NCBI GenBank assembly: GCA_963840935.1
Contig: CAWJAS010000002.1
Span: forward strand, 71,333-135,332
From: Candidatus Magasanikiibacteriota bacterium
GTDB taxonomy: Bacteria; Patescibacteriota; Patescibacteriia; Magasanikbacterales; GWA2-37-8
Direction: 5' to 3'
DNA: 64,000 nt
Part shown: positions 40,332 through 51,089 of the stretch, piece after piece
Layout of the letters: the number at the start of each line of letters is the position of its first letter
Position numbering within the stretch: position 1 is the stretch's first letter
Made by a program: the position numbers and the translations under genes
Notes under the pieces: generated by a model
Database searches by the model: none
The model's input: the letters and a program-made list of their open reading frames with translations, nothing else
Told to the model about the DNA's origin: nothing

Positions 40332-41348
40332 ATGAAAAAATTAATCAGTATTTTTTCAAATTTTATTGAAATGCGGATTTTAGTTTACATCGGCATTTTT
40401 ATTGTTGGCATTGTTTTGCCAATTGCTGTGTTTGGTGTTACTTCACAACAAAATATAAATATCCAAGTCAGTTCATCAGTTCCATATAACCATTGTGTTG
40501 ACGGAATAAAAAACTACGATGAAACCGGCGTGGATTGCGGGGGTACCATGTGTTCCGCTTGTAGCGGAGGTGGAGGCGGGGGCGGAGGTGGAGGCGGAAT
40601 TACACTCTATTCTTCGGTCGCTTTTTCTGGAAAAACTGCTCCCGGTTCATCAGTAAAAATTCTTAAAGGTGGAATTTTAACCTCAAGTGTTTTATCAAAT
40701 CTTAACGGTGATTTTTCTGCTTCTATCAGATATCTTACCGCAGGAACATACAATTTTATAATATATTATGAGGATGCAACGGGTAAAAAAAGCGCCTCTG
40801 TAACTTTTAATATAACTGTCAACCAAAATCAAAATATTACTATAAATAATATTTTACTACCGCCAACTTTATCTATTGATAAGACGCAAATAAAAGAGAA
40901 CGAAACAATTAAAATATTTGGCCAAAGTGCGCCAAATTCTCAAATCACGATTTATCTTACGCCTTTGATCGGAAACCCGACGACAACCCTTAACACTAAC
41001 GCTAATCAAATCGGGGTGTATGAATATCTTTTTAACGGCCAATTACAATTAGGCCAATACGCGGTCAAAGCAAAAGCAAAACTCGGGGAACTGACAAGCG
41101 AATATTCTTTACTTCAAAATTTTTCCGTCGGAACTTCAACCATAGAAAAACCCACAGGCATTTGCCCACAAAAAGGCGACGTTAATTATGATTGCCGAGT
41201 CAACTTAGTTGATTTTTCAATTACCGCTTATTGGTTCAGACGAACAATTAGTCCTGAATTTATTATTATTGAAAATGACCAATTAAGCGGGGACAGTAAG
41301 ATAGACTTGGTTGATTTTTCTATTCTCGCTTATTATTGGACCGGTTAA
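40332..41348 (+). CDS. Membrane-anchored protein with poly-Gly linker and a C-terminal dockerin-like duplicated Ca-binding repeat
   Basis: An N-terminal TM and a G11 run (40561..40600). The C-terminus carries two dockerin-type segments, GDVNYDCRVNLVDFSITAYWF and GDSKIDLVDFSILAYYW. The start is taken at MKKLISIF (40332). Confidence 0.55.
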   Translation: MKKLISIFSNFIEMRILVYIGIFIVGIVLPIAVFGVTSQQNINIQVSSSVPYNHCVDGIKNYDETGVDCGGTMCSACSGGGGGGGGGGGITLYSSVAFSGKTAPGSSVKILKGGILTSSVLSNLNGDFSASIRYLTAGTYNFIIYYEDATGKKSASVTFNITVNQNQNITINNILLPPTLSIDKTQIKENETIKIFGQSAPNSQITIYLTPLIGNPTTTLNTNANQIGVYEYLFNGQLQLGQYAVKAKAKLGELTSEYSLLQNFSVGTSTIEKPTGICPQKGDVNYDCRVNLVDFSITAYWFRRTISPEFIIIENDQLSGDSKIDLVDFSILAYYWTG

Positions 41349-41352
41349 AAAT

Positions 41353-42252
41353 ATGAAAAAATCTTTTTTATTTTTTGTTTTTATAATTTCCGCTTTATTA
41401 TTTTTTTCAACCCCCGCGAAAGCGGCTGATTTTTTATTTAATCCTCATAATATTGAGATTAGCAGAAATGATGAAATAAAAATTGATTTTTTTGTTGACG
41501 CTAATGAAAATCCCATAAACGCCATAAGCGGACAACTTATTATACCGACTGATTATATTTTTATTAAAAATATTATTATCGGCGAAAGCGGTGTTAATTT
41601 ATGGATTGAGAAACCGGAACTGAATAATAATATTATTAATTTTTCCGGTATTGTACCGAACGGTTTTGTCGGCAAAATTAATATTTTTTCCTTCATAATA
41701 AAGGCAAAAAAAATTGGTATTGTTCAAATTGACCAGAGTAATTTTCGCGCTCTTATTAATAACGGCATCGGTACCGATGATAATGTAGACGCCCCAAAAC
41801 TCACCATCAACATAATCCAGGAAACCGCTGAAATACCGACCGAAATTATTTTGGAAGATACGGAACCGCCGGATATTTTTCAAATTGAAATTATAAAGGA
41901 CGACCTTTTGTTTGATGGGAAATATGCCTTAATTTTTCATACCGAAGATAAGCAAAGTGGCATTAGTCATTATAAAATTTTGGAGCAAAGACAGTATGAA
42001 TTTTTTGGGATTAAATACCGCTTCGGCCAATGGAAAACGGCAAACAGTCCATATTTACTCAGCGACCAAAAATTAAAAAGTTTAATAAAAGTTGTCGCTA
42101 TTGATAATCTTAACAATGAACGGGATTCTCTTTTACCCGCAATGAATCCAATAAAATGGTATGAAAATATTATTTTTTGGAGTATAATATTAATAACGCT
42201 GTTTTTTGGCGTGATATTTTGCATATATGTTAAACGGAGGGTTAAAAAATAA
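41353..42252 (+). CDS. Cohesin-like domain protein with C-terminal TM anchor
   Basis: A signal peptide (MKKSFLFFVFIISALLFFSTPAKA), then a ~140-aa beta-sandwich segment (NIEISRNDEIKIDFFVDANENPINAISGQLIIPTDYIF...FSGIVPNGFVGKINIFSFIIKAKKIGIVQID) of cohesin type, and a C-terminal hydrophobic anchor. Confidence 0.45.
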   Translation: MKKSFLFFVFIISALLFFSTPAKAADFLFNPHNIEISRNDEIKIDFFVDANENPINAISGQLIIPTDYIFIKNIIIGESGVNLWIEKPELNNNIINFSGIVPNGFVGKINIFSFIIKAKKIGIVQIDQSNFRALINNGIGTDDNVDAPKLTINIIQETAEIPTEIILEDTEPPDIFQIEIIKDDLLFDGKYALIFHTEDKQSGISHYKILEQRQYEFFGIKYRFGQWKTANSPYLLSDQKLKSLIKVVAIDNLNNERDSLLPAMNPIKWYENIIFWSIILITLFFGVIFCIYVKRRVKK

Positions 42253-43069
42253 AGTGCTATTATTTAGTATTTTTTTCTTGGGATTGTTCTTTTTTGTTAC
42301 GGAAGCCAAATCGGCTACGCTGTATTTTTCACCGGCTTCTCCTACTTACACCATAGGAGATTCTTTCCAAGTCAGTCTTTTTGTGTCTTCCGCCGACCAA
42401 GCAATGAACGCGGCTCAAGCCACCATTAATTATCCGACCGACAAATTGGAAATGATTTCCGTTTCCACAAAAAACTCTATTTTCTCTTTAATGGTGGAAA
42501 ACCCGGTTTTTTCGAATGTTAACGGCTCGGCCTCTTTCTCTGGTATTGTCTTGAATCCGGGCTATTCGGGAAAAAGCGGACGGTTGGTAACGCTTAATTT
42601 ACGTGCAAAAGCATTGGGCCAAGCCAATCTTTCCGTTTCAAGCGCCCAGGTGCTTGCCAATGACGGCCTTGGCACAAATATATTAACTTCTCGCGGAGGT
42701 GGCACTGTTACTATTATTGAAAAAAAAGTTGCCCCGGAACCGCCAAAACCAATTCCATTGCCCGAACCGACAATTTATATTCCAACCACTACCATAACCA
42801 CAACCGTCCCAGAGGAGCCAACAACCGAAATAACTCCGATAGTTAACATTGTTACTTCAACCGTCTGTTCGGTTGACCAACTGCCTTACGTATTTTTAAA
42901 AATCGGCCCTCTCACTTTTGACTCCGCTTCCCTTTCACTTTTATTTTTAATTATCATGATTTTAGTTGCCGGAATAATATCATTTTGGGGATTTTTTGAA
43001 GCCTACTTTAGTCGCCAGATTGATAAAAAGAGATTAAAAAAATCAACAACTAAAAAAACAAAAAAATAA
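42227..43069 (+). CDS. Cohesin-like domain protein with Pro/Thr linker and C-terminal TM anchor
   Basis: A signal peptide, then TLYFSPASPTYTIGDSFQVSLFVSSADQAMNAAQATINYPTDKLEMISVS...SGIVLNPGYSGKSGRLVTLNLRAKALGQANLSV (cohesin-like), a PEPPKPIPLPEP..TTTITTTVPEEPTTE linker, a TM and a basic tail. Confidence 0.5.
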   Translation: MLNGGLKNKVLLFSIFFLGLFFFVTEAKSATLYFSPASPTYTIGDSFQVSLFVSSADQAMNAAQATINYPTDKLEMISVSTKNSIFSLMVENPVFSNVNGSASFSGIVLNPGYSGKSGRLVTLNLRAKALGQANLSVSSAQVLANDGLGTNILTSRGGGTVTIIEKKVAPEPPKPIPLPEPTIYIPTTTITTTVPEEPTTEITPIVNIVTSTVCSVDQLPYVFLKIGPLTFDSASLSLLFLIIMILVAGIISFWGFFEAYFSRQIDKKRLKKSTTKKTKK

Positions 43070-43072
43070 AAT

Positions 43073-44044
43073 ATGCCAAAATCAATTTACAGAGAATCAG
43101 TCAAAGAGGCATGGAAACTTGTCAGAAAAAACACAACGCTTTGGCTACTGGGCTTGCTTTCCGCGCTTTTTGCAGGTTCATTTGGCTTAAGTAGCTTTTT
43201 TTCGCAATTAATTACCATAATGGGGTCTAATGCAAACGCCAACGGCCCTTTAATAACTCGATTTAACTGGCCCGAACTGGGAGCTTCCGGACTGTATTCC
43301 ACTATTTGGACAATTTGGCTAATCGGCATAATGCTCGTACTATTTGGCGCGGTTATTTACATCTCTGTTATTGCCAAAACATCTCTTCTTATCGCTATCG
43401 CCGATTTTTACAAAAAGAAAACCGAACCGAAACTAACAAAAATCTGGAATACGGGTCTTAAATATTTTTGGCGTATTTTCGCCATTGAAACAATCAGAAA
43501 AATCTCTTTATTTGCAATCGTAATTATATTCGGTTTGATTTGGTATTATTTTCCATTTTATGAAGGAACGGTCAACTTATTAATAAGCATCACCGCTTTG
43601 ATAATAGTTGTGGCGCTTGGCTGGGTAATTTCGGCATTATCAATTTTTACCGCCGGCTACACGGTAATTGATAATAAATCCCCTGTTAAAGCTTTAAAAA
43701 AAGCCTGGCAATTATTTCACGAGCATCTTTTGGTTTCTTTTGAAATTAGTGCTATTCTCACATTAATCGACCTGGCGCTTGTGGCGATTTTTGCCGCTTT
43801 AATTTCTTACGCCTTTATTCCTTCCATTTTTATTTGGATTATCGCCGGAGTTTTTTCTTCGCCTTTTATCGCCATACTCGGAACTTTAGTCGGACTCGTA
43901 ATCACCATCATTGTTATTGCTTTATTCGGCGCGATTTACAACACATTCTATACGAGTGTCTGGATGCATATGTTTATGAAAATGCATCATGAAGGAATTT
44001 TCTCTCGCTTAATTCATCATGTTCAAGGGTTTTTCAAAAAATAA
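43073..44044 (+). CDS. Polytopic integral membrane protein (323 aa), function unknown
   Basis: Six or more predicted TM helices. No catalytic motif. Confidence 0.5.
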   Translation: MPKSIYRESVKEAWKLVRKNTTLWLLGLLSALFAGSFGLSSFFSQLITIMGSNANANGPLITRFNWPELGASGLYSTIWTIWLIGIMLVLFGAVIYISVIAKTSLLIAIADFYKKKTEPKLTKIWNTGLKYFWRIFAIETIRKISLFAIVIIFGLIWYYFPFYEGTVNLLISITALIIVVALGWVISALSIFTAGYTVIDNKSPVKALKKAWQLFHEHLLVSFEISAILTLIDLALVAIFAALISYAFIPSIFIWIIAGVFSSPFIAILGTLVGLVITIIVIALFGAIYNTFYTSVWMHMFMKMHHEGIFSRLIHHVQGFFKK

Positions 44045-44046
44045 TT

Positions 44047-45756
44047 ATGACTGATTTCCCATCAATTTCCGATTTGCTAAAAAAATCCGGCACTGCGCCG
44101 TCAGGCACGCCAACAACGCAAGAAAAATTCGATGCAAAAATTCGAGAAATTGACATAAAATCCAAAGAAGAAGAAACCGCGTCGCGCGCTGTTACGTTAA
44201 ATTTGCCATATATTTCACTCTCCGGTTTCCCGATTTCCGCTGAATCTCTCAAGGTTATTAGCGAAAAGGACGCTCGTGAAAAAAAGACGATTTGTTTTTA
44301 TTTTACTCCAGATGATTTGCGTATCGGCGTAATGGAATTAACGCCGGAAATCGAAGAATTTGCCTACCAAATCGGCGAACGACACCACGCAAAAGCGCAA
44401 ATTTATTTAATTTCCGAGCACTCGCTTGACTCGGCGTTGAAACTTTACGCCACTTTGCCAATCATTAAACCAATATCCAAAGAAATTAACATTACCGATG
44501 AAGAATTGAGCCGTTTCCAAGAAGGAATAGAAAATTTACAAGCTTTAGAGGGGATGTTCAAAAATATTTCCATCACCGATATTTTAACTTTGATGATTGC
44601 GGCCGCGCTCAAAACCAATTCTTCAGACATTCATGTTGAAGCCGAAGATAAAGGCATCGCCGTGCGCTATCGCATCGATGGCGTTCTTCACGAAGTATCA
44701 AACCTACCAAAAGATCAATGGAAAAAATTTGTTTCGCGTATCAAACTTTTGGCCGGATTAAAAATCAACATTACCGACAAACCGCAAGACGGTCGAGTGA
44801 CATTACGCTTGGAATCCGGCTCGCTCGACGTTCGTGTTTCCACCATGCCAACCACCTATGGCGAATCAATTGTGATGAGAATTTTACATAGTGGGTCAAA
44901 AGGAGTGACATACGACAATTTGGGACTCCGCGGAGAAGCCTATGAACGATTGCGCCGAGAAGTTGAACGGCCAAACGGCATGATTATTACCACCGGTCCG
45001 ACCGGTTCCGGTAAAACCACCACATTGTACGCGATTTTGCGCACACTTAACAAACCGGGTGTAAAAATTATTACTTTGGAAGACCCGGTGGAAATTAAAA
45101 TGGAAGGTATTAACCAAAGTCAGGTTGACCCGAGCCATGATTACACTTTTGCAAAAGGTCTGCGCTCAATTCTGCGCCAAGACCCTGATATTTGTATGGT
45201 CGGCGAAATCCGTGATTTGGAAACCGCGGAAATCGCCATTCAAGCCGCTTTAACCGGCCATTTGATGCTTTCAACCATTCATACCAACTCAGCCTCTGGC
45301 GCCATCCCCCGCTTTTTATCCATGGGGGTAAAGCCATTTTTGCTTGCTCCGGCACTCAACGCCATCATCGGCCAGCGCTTGGTCAGGCGTATTTGCGAAC
45401 ATTGCATTGAAGAAGATAATTTGGACAGTGAAAAAATGGAGCGAGTAATGAACTTATTAAACACTCTACCGGAGGCTGAAAGAAACAAAGTTGATTTAAA
45501 TAATTTAAAATTTTATAAAGGCGCCGGTTGCCCCAAATGCTCGGGGCTTGGCTACAAAGGGCGAATCGGAATTTACGAAATCTTTACCATGAATAAAGAA
45601 ATCGAACAGATAATATTGAGTGCCCAAGTATCTGAATATACTATCCAAGAAATCGCCGTCAAAAACGGTATGGTAACAATGGCCCAAGATGGCATTTTAA
45701 AAGCACTCGATAAAATAACGAGCATTGCCGAAGTATTTGATGTGGCCGATGAATAA
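44047..45756 (+). CDS. pilB: Type IV pilus assembly ATPase PilB (GspE/PilB secretion ATPase family)
   Basis: 569 aa. Walker A GPTGSGKTTTLYA, Asp box, Walker B/His box region and a tetracysteine zinc motif CEHC...CPKC, the diagnostic PilB/GspE architecture. Confidence 0.9.
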   Translation: MTDFPSISDLLKKSGTAPSGTPTTQEKFDAKIREIDIKSKEEETASRAVTLNLPYISLSGFPISAESLKVISEKDAREKKTICFYFTPDDLRIGVMELTPEIEEFAYQIGERHHAKAQIYLISEHSLDSALKLYATLPIIKPISKEINITDEELSRFQEGIENLQALEGMFKNISITDILTLMIAAALKTNSSDIHVEAEDKGIAVRYRIDGVLHEVSNLPKDQWKKFVSRIKLLAGLKINITDKPQDGRVTLRLESGSLDVRVSTMPTTYGESIVMRILHSGSKGVTYDNLGLRGEAYERLRREVERPNGMIITTGPTGSGKTTTLYAILRTLNKPGVKIITLEDPVEIKMEGINQSQVDPSHDYTFAKGLRSILRQDPDICMVGEIRDLETAEIAIQAALTGHLMLSTIHTNSASGAIPRFLSMGVKPFLLAPALNAIIGQRLVRRICEHCIEEDNLDSEKMERVMNLLNTLPEAERNKVDLNNLKFYKGAGCPKCSGLGYKGRIGIYEIFTMNKEIEQIILSAQVSEYTIQEIAVKNGMVTMAQDGILKALDKITSIAEVFDVADE

Positions 45757-45797
45757 TGTGATATAATATAAATAGAATAAAACGCTAAAATAAACAT

Positions 45798-46946
45798 ATG
45801 ATAACTCACCGCTTGCAAACTCAAACAATACCGGAACCACCGGTAAAAGTATATCGCATTATTGCTTTGACTTTTCTTTTAATAACCGTTGTTCTTTTGG
45901 GTATTGTTATTTTCACCATGCTCAAAAAAACGGAAATTACGATTGTTGCCAAAGAAGATTCAAAAACAGTTAATTTTATTGTGACAGCTGAAGCGGAAAA
46001 AAATTCAGATAAATCGCTTTCGTCCATTGTCACCTCCACGGAATTTTATTGGTCGGAAAAATACACGCCCACAGCCACCAAAGAAGTTGACGGCACTGCT
46101 AAAGGTGAGGTCATTATTTATAACAAATTAAGCGAGGCGCAAACTTTGGTCAAAACCACTCGCCTGCTCACGCCCGACAATAAATTATTCCGCTTGAACG
46201 ACCGAGTGACTATTCCCGCCGGCGGGCAAATCACGGCCGAAGTTTATGCTGATGAGGGCGGTGCATCTTTTGATATTGGGCCTTCGCAATTCACTATTCC
46301 CGGACTTTCTCTTGAACGACAAAAGTTTGTTTATGCTGAAAGTGAGAAACCGATGAGTGGTGGCTCCGGCAAAGTGGGAGTGGTGTCCGAGGCCGATTAC
46401 AAAGCGGGTGAAACTGATTTTGCCAACAAAACAAAAGATGAATTTTTGAAAAATTTTGAAGAGAGTCACACCGGACTTGACCAAAAAATTGTGGCCGTAA
46501 CGCAGAGCCGAGCGACTTCATCGCATGCCATCGGGTCAGAAACAAGTGAATTTAAAATCTCCGGCACGAGCACTCTGATTATTATTTTTTACAATGAAAA
46601 TGATTTAAGCGATTTGATAAAAAAAGAAGTTGAAAAAAGCGTAGACATGAATTCGGAAAAAATTGTTTCTATTGGCAGTGAACCAAAGTTAGAAATTGCC
46701 GCCATTGATCCGTCAAATAAATCAGCGCAAATTCAAATCAGCACGGAAGCGATAATGACCCTTGATGCCAACGCGCCAATGCTAAACAAAGAAAACTTTT
46801 TGAACAAACAAAAAGGAGAGATTGAAAGATACATTGTTTCGCTCCCTCATGTGACGGGAATGGAAATCAAATTCACACCAAGCTGGGTGAGCAAAACCCC
46901 GAGCGTGGCGGATAAATTAAAGATTTTGGTGAAGAGTGTAAAATGA
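45798..46946 (+). CDS. Membrane-anchored hypothetical protein (382 aa), possibly pilus-associated by context
   Basis: An N-terminal TM (IIALTFLLITVVLLGIVIFTML) then a soluble domain. It is co-oriented with, and 41 bp downstream of, pilB. Confidence 0.4.
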   Translation: MITHRLQTQTIPEPPVKVYRIIALTFLLITVVLLGIVIFTMLKKTEITIVAKEDSKTVNFIVTAEAEKNSDKSLSSIVTSTEFYWSEKYTPTATKEVDGTAKGEVIIYNKLSEAQTLVKTTRLLTPDNKLFRLNDRVTIPAGGQITAEVYADEGGASFDIGPSQFTIPGLSLERQKFVYAESEKPMSGGSGKVGVVSEADYKAGETDFANKTKDEFLKNFEESHTGLDQKIVAVTQSRATSSHAIGSETSEFKISGTSTLIIIFYNENDLSDLIKKEVEKSVDMNSEKIVSIGSEPKLEIAAIDPSNKSAQIQISTEAIMTLDANAPMLNKENFLNKQKGEIERYIVSLPHVTGMEIKFTPSWVSKTPSVADKLKILVKSVK

Positions 46947-46955
46947 TAATAAATT

Positions 46956-46990
46956 AAAAAACCCGCCAGTTGTGACTGGCGGGTTTTTTT
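46956..46990. terminator. Bidirectional Rho-independent terminator
   Basis: aaaaaacccgccagt-tgtg-actggcgggtttttttt between convergent genes. Confidence 0.75.
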
Positions 46991-48813
46991 TACCCCATTA
47001 TCTCGACAATTTCATCCTGCTCAATGGTTTCTTTTTCCATGAGGCGTGCTACCATTGCTTCGAGTTTGTCTTTGTTTTCGGTTAAAACTTTTTTGGCTTT
47101 GTTCATTGCCTCGCCGATAATGGCGCTCACTTCACTATCAATCGCTTCCGCGGTTTTATCGCTGTAATCTTGTTGTTCGTGAATTTCACGTCCCAAGAAA
47201 ATCATTTCTTCGCGTTCGCCAAATGTGCGCGGACCCAACTTGCTCATGCCATAACGGGTTACCATATCTTTGGCGATTTGTGTTGCGCTTCTCAAATCAG
47301 CTGAAGGCCCGGTAGAAATCATGTCATCCCCAAATATCATTTTTTCTACCACATAACCGCCGAGTGACATGGCAAGTTCATCGTTAAACTCCGCCAATGT
47401 GCGATACCGCTTGTCTTCGCTTGGCATTTTGAGGGTATAACCGCCGGCCTGACCGCGCGAGATGATTGACACCTTGCGCACTTGGTCGCAATTGGGTAAT
47501 AAATGACCAACAATAGCGTGGCCGGCTTCATGATACGCAGTCATCTTTTTTTCTTTTTCCGAAACAATTCGGCTTTTGCGTTCGGGCCCGAGCAAAACTT
47601 TTTCCACGCTTTCAAGAATTTCCGCTTCGCCGACTTTTTTCATTCCTCGGCGGACGGTCAAAATAGCCGCTTCATTCAAAAGGTTTTCCAAATCAGCTCC
47701 AGAAAATCCGGGGGTGCGTTCAGCAATTTTTCGCAGTGACACTTCTTTGGCAATCGGCTTATTGACCGCGTGGATCCCCAAAATCTCTTCTCTGTCTTTA
47801 ATATCCGGCAAATCCAAAACCACACGGCGATCAAATCTTCCCGGACGAAGTAGTGCCGGATCAAGCACATCCGGTCTGTTTGTGGCGGCGACCACAATCA
47901 CGCCAATATTCGGGTCAAACCCGTCCATTTCCACAAGAATTTGATTAAGAGTCTGCTCTCTTTCATCGTGCCCGCCACCAAGACCGGAACCTCGTCTGCG
48001 TCCGACTGCGTCAATTTCATCAATAAACACAATAGCCGGGGCTTCTTTTTTGGCTTTGCGAAACAAATCGCGAACACGAGAAGCTCCAACGCCCACAAAC
48101 ATTTCCACAAACTCCGACCCAGACATATGAAAAAACGGCACATCAGCTTCACCGGCGATTGCTTTGGCAAGCAATGTTTTGCCGGTTCCCGGCGCGCCCA
48201 TCAAAAGCACACCTTTGGGAATTTTTGCTCCCATGTCGGCAAATTTTTTCGGATGTTTCAAAAAGTCCACAATTTCCACCAATTCTGTTTTTGCTTCTGC
48301 CGCACCGGCCACGTCATTAAATGTTTTTTTGGCATTATCATTCGGATTAACCGTTCTGGGGTTACTTTCTCCAAAACCCATTGCCTTGCTGTTCATCCCC
48401 TGCACGCCTCGACTCATAAAAAAGAAGAAGGCGATAATAATGATAAGAGGCAGTAATGCCGGTATCAAATTAGCCGCCCAAAATTTCCACGAGCTTTCAT
48501 CTTTAACCTCCACTTCAATTCCTTTTTTGGCTTCTTCAGTCACACCATAATTATTCATAATATCACCAAACGATTCAGTTGGTTCTTTTTTTACTTCTTG
48601 CATTTTTGCGTCTTCGCCCATCAACTCAACTTTTAGTAAATCACCTTCTACTGTAACTTTTTTTACTTCTCCGGCATTAATTTGCTCGGCCAATTTGGCA
48701 AGCCCGACTGTGGATGTTTCTTCTTTGCTACCGACTTTAAAAAAACTTAAAACCGCCGCGACAATGAGAAGAGCGCAAAAAATAATCAAAAAATTCTTGA
48801 TAAAATCTTTCAT
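46990..48813 (-). CDS. ftsH: ATP-dependent zinc metalloprotease FtsH
   Basis: 607 aa. Two N-terminal TMs, an AAA+ Walker [19 protein letters not shown], an SRH region and an M41 HEAGHAIVG zinc site. Confidence 0.95.
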   Translation of the reverse strand: MKDFIKNFLIIFCALLIVAAVLSFFKVGSKEETSTVGLAKLAEQINAGEVKKVTVEGDLLKVELMGEDAKMQEVKKEPTESFGDIMNNYGVTEEAKKGIEVEVKDESSWKFWAANLIPALLPLIIIIAFFFFMSRGVQGMNSKAMGFGESNPRTVNPNDNAKKTFNDVAGAAEAKTELVEIVDFLKHPKKFADMGAKIPKGVLLMGAPGTGKTLLAKAIAGEADVPFFHMSGSEFVEMFVGVGASRVRDLFRKAKKEAPAIVFIDEIDAVGRRRGSGLGGGHDEREQTLNQILVEMDGFDPNIGVIVVAATNRPDVLDPALLRPGRFDRRVVLDLPDIKDREEILGIHAVNKPIAKEVSLRKIAERTPGFSGADLENLLNEAAILTVRRGMKKVGEAEILESVEKVLLGPERKSRIVSEKEKKMTAYHEAGHAIVGHLLPNCDQVRKVSIISRGQAGGYTLKMPSEDKRYRTLAEFNDELAMSLGGYVVEKMIFGDDMISTGPSADLRSATQIAKDMVTRYGMSKLGPRTFGEREEMIFLGREIHEQQDYSDKTAEAIDSEVSAIIGEAMNKAKKVLTENKDKLEAMVARLMEKETIEQDEIVEIMG

Positions 48814-48887
48814 ATTTATTTATATATTATATTGGATAATTATGGCTATTTTACGCTAAAATGCCAAAAATATCAAGGGGACTAAAA

Positions 48888-48911
48888 TCCCGTCACTCGC
48901 GAGTGACGGGA
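48888..48911. terminator. Perfect palindromic hairpin between the S1 gene and ftsH (putative terminator/processing site)
   Basis: tcccgtcactcgcgagtgacggga, an 11-bp stem. The cccgtca stem motif is shared with the terminators at 20126 and 46961. Confidence 0.45.
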
Positions 48912-48967
48912 CTATTTCATTATCAATTTCTTCTATAAGACATCGGACCGTGTACATCAGCGTTTAT

Positions 48968-50164
48968 TTATTCGGCAGATTCTTTTTCAACCGGTTCTTC
49001 ATTTTTTTCTTTCTCCGTATCTTCCGTCTTAACAGCCGGCTCCTCTTCTTTATTTTTTGCTGTTTCTTTTTCTTCTTCAGCTTTGCGCCCGGCTTTACCT
49101 TTAACGCCCTCGGCACGCAAACCCAAACGATGTTCTGTCGGTTCCAAAGAAACGATCACAAAATCAGCTTCCTGGCCGACCTTGTATTTGTCTTCAATGT
49201 TTCCAATCGGCTCATCGGATAATTCCGAAATATGCGCTAAACCGTGAATTTCATCATCAAGCCCGACCATCAAGCCAAACGGTTCGATTTTTATAATTTT
49301 ACCTTTTACCGTTTCACCGACTTTATATTTGTCTTTTGCTTTTTTCCACGGGTCGTCAACCAAACGTTTAACGGACAAATATATTTTTGAGTGGTCAAGC
49401 TGAATAATTTGAGCGCGAATTTTATCGCCGACTTTGAGCAAATCTTTGGGGTGGTCAATTCTTTGCCAAGCAATTTCCGAAATATGAACCAAACCTTCCA
49501 AATCTTCGCCAAATCGCACAAAAGCGCCGAATGAAGTGAGGGCGCTGACTTCTCCGTCAACAATATCCCCCACTTTATATGCTTCCAAAACCGCTTTCTG
49601 CGCGTCTTCCCAAACCGCTTTTTCTGAAACAATTAATTTTTCTTCTTTTTCGTCAACATCAATCACTTTTACTTCCAATTCCAAGCTAATTAATTCTTGA
49701 AGTTTTTCTAATATTCTGTTTTTATCACCCCCGGCGACGCGCGGATAATGATCCGGATTCAATTGCGATACCGGCATAAACCCGGCAAGCGCTCCGGCTT
49801 GCATCATGAGACCACCTTTGTTCGCGGCCAAAACTTTTGCTTTAATGGTGATGCCCTGAGACATCCATTTGCGCATATTATCCCAAACTCTTTGCATTCC
49901 GGCGATTCTAAATGATAATTCCATTTCACCGTTCTCATTTTCCAAATCAATTACAGTCGCTTCCACTTCATCGCCCGGCTTTAACGCTGCGTATTCGCGC
50001 GATTCAGTAAACAATTCTCGCCCGCGCACCACGGCTGTGGTTAAATTTTGCACATCAATACGGACTTCATTTTTATCAATTGAAATTACCGTACCTTTGA
50101 TAATATCGCCCACATTGGGGTAATTTATCAAATGATCCTCCAGCATTTTTTTGAAATCAGACAT
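48968..50164 (-). CDS. rpsA: S1 RNA-binding domain protein (ribosomal protein S1-like, 4 S1 repeats, acidic/basic C-terminal tail)
   Basis: 398 aa with four S1/OB repeats (GDIIKGTVISID..., GITIKAKVLAAN..., GDIVDGEVSALTSFGAFVRF..., GETVKGKIIKIEPFGLMVGL...). Confidence 0.65.
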   Translation of the reverse strand: MSDFKKMLEDHLINYPNVGDIIKGTVISIDKNEVRIDVQNLTTAVVRGRELFTESREYAALKPGDEVEATVIDLENENGEMELSFRIAGMQRVWDNMRKWMSQGITIKAKVLAANKGGLMMQAGALAGFMPVSQLNPDHYPRVAGGDKNRILEKLQELISLELEVKVIDVDEKEEKLIVSEKAVWEDAQKAVLEAYKVGDIVDGEVSALTSFGAFVRFGEDLEGLVHISEIAWQRIDHPKDLLKVGDKIRAQIIQLDHSKIYLSVKRLVDDPWKKAKDKYKVGETVKGKIIKIEPFGLMVGLDDEIHGLAHISELSDEPIGNIEDKYKVGQEADFVIVSLEPTEHRLGLRAEGVKGKAGRKAEEEKETAKNKEEEPAVKTEDTEKEKNEEPVEKESAE

Positions 50165-50459
50165 ATATATGTGGATTTTTTATCTTTATAAAAATAAAAA
50201 AAATCCGCTTAACCCTCCTTGATATTATTTCAAGTCAGAGTTCCAGCCTCTAAAACGGGCCGGATTTAAATATTTATTGTCGAAATAATATTATCACAGC
50301 CAATACTTTTTGTCAACTTTTAATTTACGGCTAATTTTAGCCATAAAAACTCGATAGATTATCCCCATTTTGGCCTTGAATTTAATCACAGATTAATGTA
50401 AAATATACGCACAAATGACGTTTCGGTCTTATAAATAAAATAATATAAATGTTAACTCT

Positions 50460-51089
50460 ATGCACCTAAATTGGCTTGGACAAACCTGCGTAAAACTGCA
50501 AACAAAAAACCTCAAAGACGAGGATGTGGTTATTTTAATTGATGCCTACAAACCAAAAATCGGTGAATTTCCACGCAGTTTTTCTCCGCAAATCGCTTTG
50601 TTTTCACGTGGCCTTGATAATTCCGCCACACTAAGCCAGGACCCTCTTGTTCTTGACACTTTGGGCGAGGTTGAACAAAAAAATGTGATGATTTATGCTT
50701 TGCCCGGTTCCGAAGAAAACCAATCGATTGTTTTCAAAATTCTTGCGGAAGGTCTAACCATAGCTCATTTGGGGAAAATCAATAAAAAATTAAATACTGA
50801 AACAATCGCAAAATTGGGAAGCCCTGATATTCTTTTCGTGCCCATTGGCGGTAAAAAAACCGGAGTGCTTGATGCGACTGATGCCGTGGCCACAGTCACC
50901 GCCCTTGAACCGCGAGTTATTATTCCGGTTGCCTATGAGTGCGATACCGACCCGGACGCTGATTCAATAACTGAATTCATAAAAAATCTTGGGTTAAAAG
51001 CGGACATGACCGATAAAAAAATAATCATTAAGAAAAAAGATTTACCTCAAGAAGAAACTAAATTATTTGTACTTGAAAAGAATTATTAA
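50460..51089 (+). CDS. Metallo-beta-lactamase-fold metal-dependent hydrolase (UPF0173-like)
   Basis: 209 aa. The ORF is the size of a minimal MBL fold; no metal-binding motif was verified, so the family call is from memory. Confidence 0.4.
   Translation: MHLNWLGQTCVKLQTKNLKDEDVVILIDAYKPKIGEFPRSFSPQIALFSRGLDNSATLSQDPLVLDTLGEVEQKNVMIYALPGSEENQSIVFKILAEGLTIAHLGKINKKLNTETIAKLGSPDILFVPIGGKKTGVLDATDAVATVTALEPRVIIPVAYECDTDPDADSITEFIKNLGLKADMTDKKIIIKKKDLPQEETKLFVLEKNY

Noticed and set aside
50191-50267. Long hairpin-like region with a sequestered AGGAGG just upstream of the S1 gene start; it looked like a leader attenuator
   Set aside because: Only a 7-bp terminal stem actually pairs around a 50-nt loop. 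That is not a convincing terminator or riboswitch, so it is left as unexplained intergenic sequence.
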